Shown: positions 62,659 through 64,000 of the stretch, in pieces | Numbering within the stretch: the stretch's first letter is position 1 | How the letters are laid out: every line of letters starts with the position of its first letter | Origin: a virus | Taxonomy: Duplodnaviria; Caudoviricetes | Length of the DNA: 64,000 bases | IMG/VR virus record: IMGVR_UViG_3300032321_002024 | Coordinates: 1-64,000 of that record | Strand: one strand, 5' to 3' | Made by a program: the position numbers and the translations under genes | Notes under the pieces: model-generated | What the model saw: only the letters and a program-made list of their open reading frames with translations | What the model was told of the DNA's origin: nothing | Databases searched by the model: none

Positions 62659-64000
62659 ATGTCAAAATTTAACCAAACATTACCAAAACAAAAAACACTA
62701 ACTGAAAACTTAGCTGGTGGTCAAGCTTACACTCAATCTAGTGAGTTGGCTCTTGTATCTTTGTTATTGACTTCATTTGTCAATGACCAATTTTATAGAG
62801 GTGCTAAAGATACACTCAATGATTTGAAGAAGTTGTCCGAGAAAGTTAAAGACAAAGAATTTGTCGCTAAATCTGCTATCTATGCTCGTGATAAGTTTGG
62901 AATGCGTAGTATAACTCACGCACTTGCTGGTGAATTGACTTCTCAGTTGAATGGTGTTGAGTGGGGTAAAGACTTTTACAACAAAGTTGTTGTAAGAGTA
63001 GATGACATGACTGAAATTCTTTCTTATTACTTAGCTTACAAAACTGAAAAAGACAATCCTAAGTTTCCAAACTCTTTGAAAAAAGGATTTGCAAAAGCTT
63101 TTGATAAATTTGACGGTTACCAGTTAGCTAAGTACAAAGGAGAAAACAAAGATGTTAAACTAGTTGATATTGTTAACTTAGTTCACCCTGTTCCAACAGT
63201 TAGAAATAAAGAAGCTTTAGAACTTCTTATCAAAGGTGAGTTGAAAAACACTGATACTTGGGAAGCTAAATTATCTCAAGTAGGACAACAAGCTGAATCT
63301 GAAGAAGAATTGGCTGATCTTAAGTCAAATGCTTGGTCAGAACTTATCTCCTCAAGAAAATTGGGTTATTTTGCACTTCTTAGAAACTTAAGAAACATTA
63401 TTACTCAGTCTCCTGGTTCTGTAAAGGCAGCTTGTGAAATGTTAGTTGATGAAAAATTAATTAAAAACTCACGAGTTCTTCCTTTCCGTTTTGCAACAGC
63501 TTATGATGAAATCAATAAAATTGGTTCATCTAAAGAAGTTAGAGACGTTTTGGTGGCTATTAATGGAGCACTTGAAGTTTCTATTCAAAACGTTCCAAAG
63601 TTTGATGGTGAGACTCTTGTTGTTATGGACGTTTCTGGTTCTATGATGGGTAGAGCATCTGAAATTGCTTCTCTTTTTGGAGCTGTTTTAGCAAAAGCAA
63701 ATAACTGTGATGTTATGACTTTTGCAACCGATGCTAACTACAAGTCATACAATCCTTTGGATTCTGTAATGTCTATTAGAAATAGCTTTAAATATTCAGG
63801 TGGTGGAACTAATTTCAAAGCCATTTTTACAAAAGCAAACAAAAAGTATGATAATATATTGATCCTTAGTGATTTACAAGGTTGGATTGGATACACATCA
63901 CCTACAAAGGAATTTAACGATTATAAGAAAATATTTAATTGTAACCCTCATGTGTTCTCATGGGATCTTGCTGGTTATGGGACATTGCAATTTCCAGAAA
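62659..64000 (+). CDS. TROVE-domain RNA-binding protein (Ro60/TEP1-like) with vWA domain; runs off window
   Basis: Manual translation: MSKFNQ...ENLAGGQAY...FVAKSAIYARDKFGMRS...KAFDKFDGYQLAKYK...LVHP...TWE...LGYFALLRNLRNI...SRVLPFRFATAY...VMDVSGSM (MIDAS)...GGGTNF...LSDLQ...DLAGYG. Confidence 0.93.
   Translation, partial: MSKFNQTLPKQKTLTENLAGGQAYTQSSELALVSLLLTSFVNDQFYRGAKDTLNDLKKLSEKVKDKEFVAKSAIYARDKFGMRSITHALAGELTSQLNGVEWGKDFYNKVVVRVDDMTEILSYYLAYKTEKDNPKFPNSLKKGFAKAFDKFDGYQLAKYKGENKDVKLVDIVNLVHPVPTVRNKEALELLIKGELKNTDTWEAKLSQVGQQAESEEELADLKSNAWSELISSRKLGYFALLRNLRNIITQSPGSVKAACEMLVDEKLIKNSRVLPFRFATAYDEINKIGSSKEVRDVLVAINGALEVSIQNVPKFDGETLVVMDVSGSMMGRASEIASLFGAVLAKANNCDVMTFATDANYKSYNPLDSVMSIRNSFKYSGGGTNFKAIFTKANKKYDNILILSDLQGWIGYTSPTKEFNDYKKIFNCNPHVFSWDLAGYGTLQFPE

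Noticed and set aside
1-64000. Stop-codon reassignment as seen in some huge phages
   Set aside because: Core genes translate full length with the standard code, and TAA, TAG and TGA all end genes.

Overview
AT-rich, gene-dense segment of a large T4-related (jumbo/huge) myovirus genome using the standard genetic code. The host is probably a Bacteroidota: there are TAnnTTTG promoters, A-rich leaders without Shine-Dalgarno sites, a Bacteroidota-type ClpS and a DUF6576-like domain. Core genes are scattered: small and large terminase (divergent), tail sheath, tail tube, baseplate proteins, a Gly-X-X fibre, a gp47/Mre11 nuclease, only the N-terminal half of a family-B DNA polymerase, DinG-like and gp41/DnaB helicases, ThyA, a Nei glycosylase and NrdA. 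Accessory content includes a glycosyltransferase/FkbM island, several proteases, three HAD paralogues and a 2H phosphoesterase. The most notable element is at the right end and is missing from the ORF track: a TROVE/vWA (Ro60/TEP1-like) gene starting at 62659. It is preceded by two tandem structured non-coding RNAs (62269-62338 and 62358-62575) that share a covarying bulged-stem plus UACUUCGAU scaffold, and by an intrinsic terminator; this is a candidate phage ribonucleoprotein system. A second theme is a large family of proteins carrying T4 capsid-targeting-sequence-like N-termini behind a TATATA late promoter, several with hydrophobic hairpins. Three promoter classes can be read directly from the sequence. 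No database searches were run; all family calls are from motif recognition by eye.
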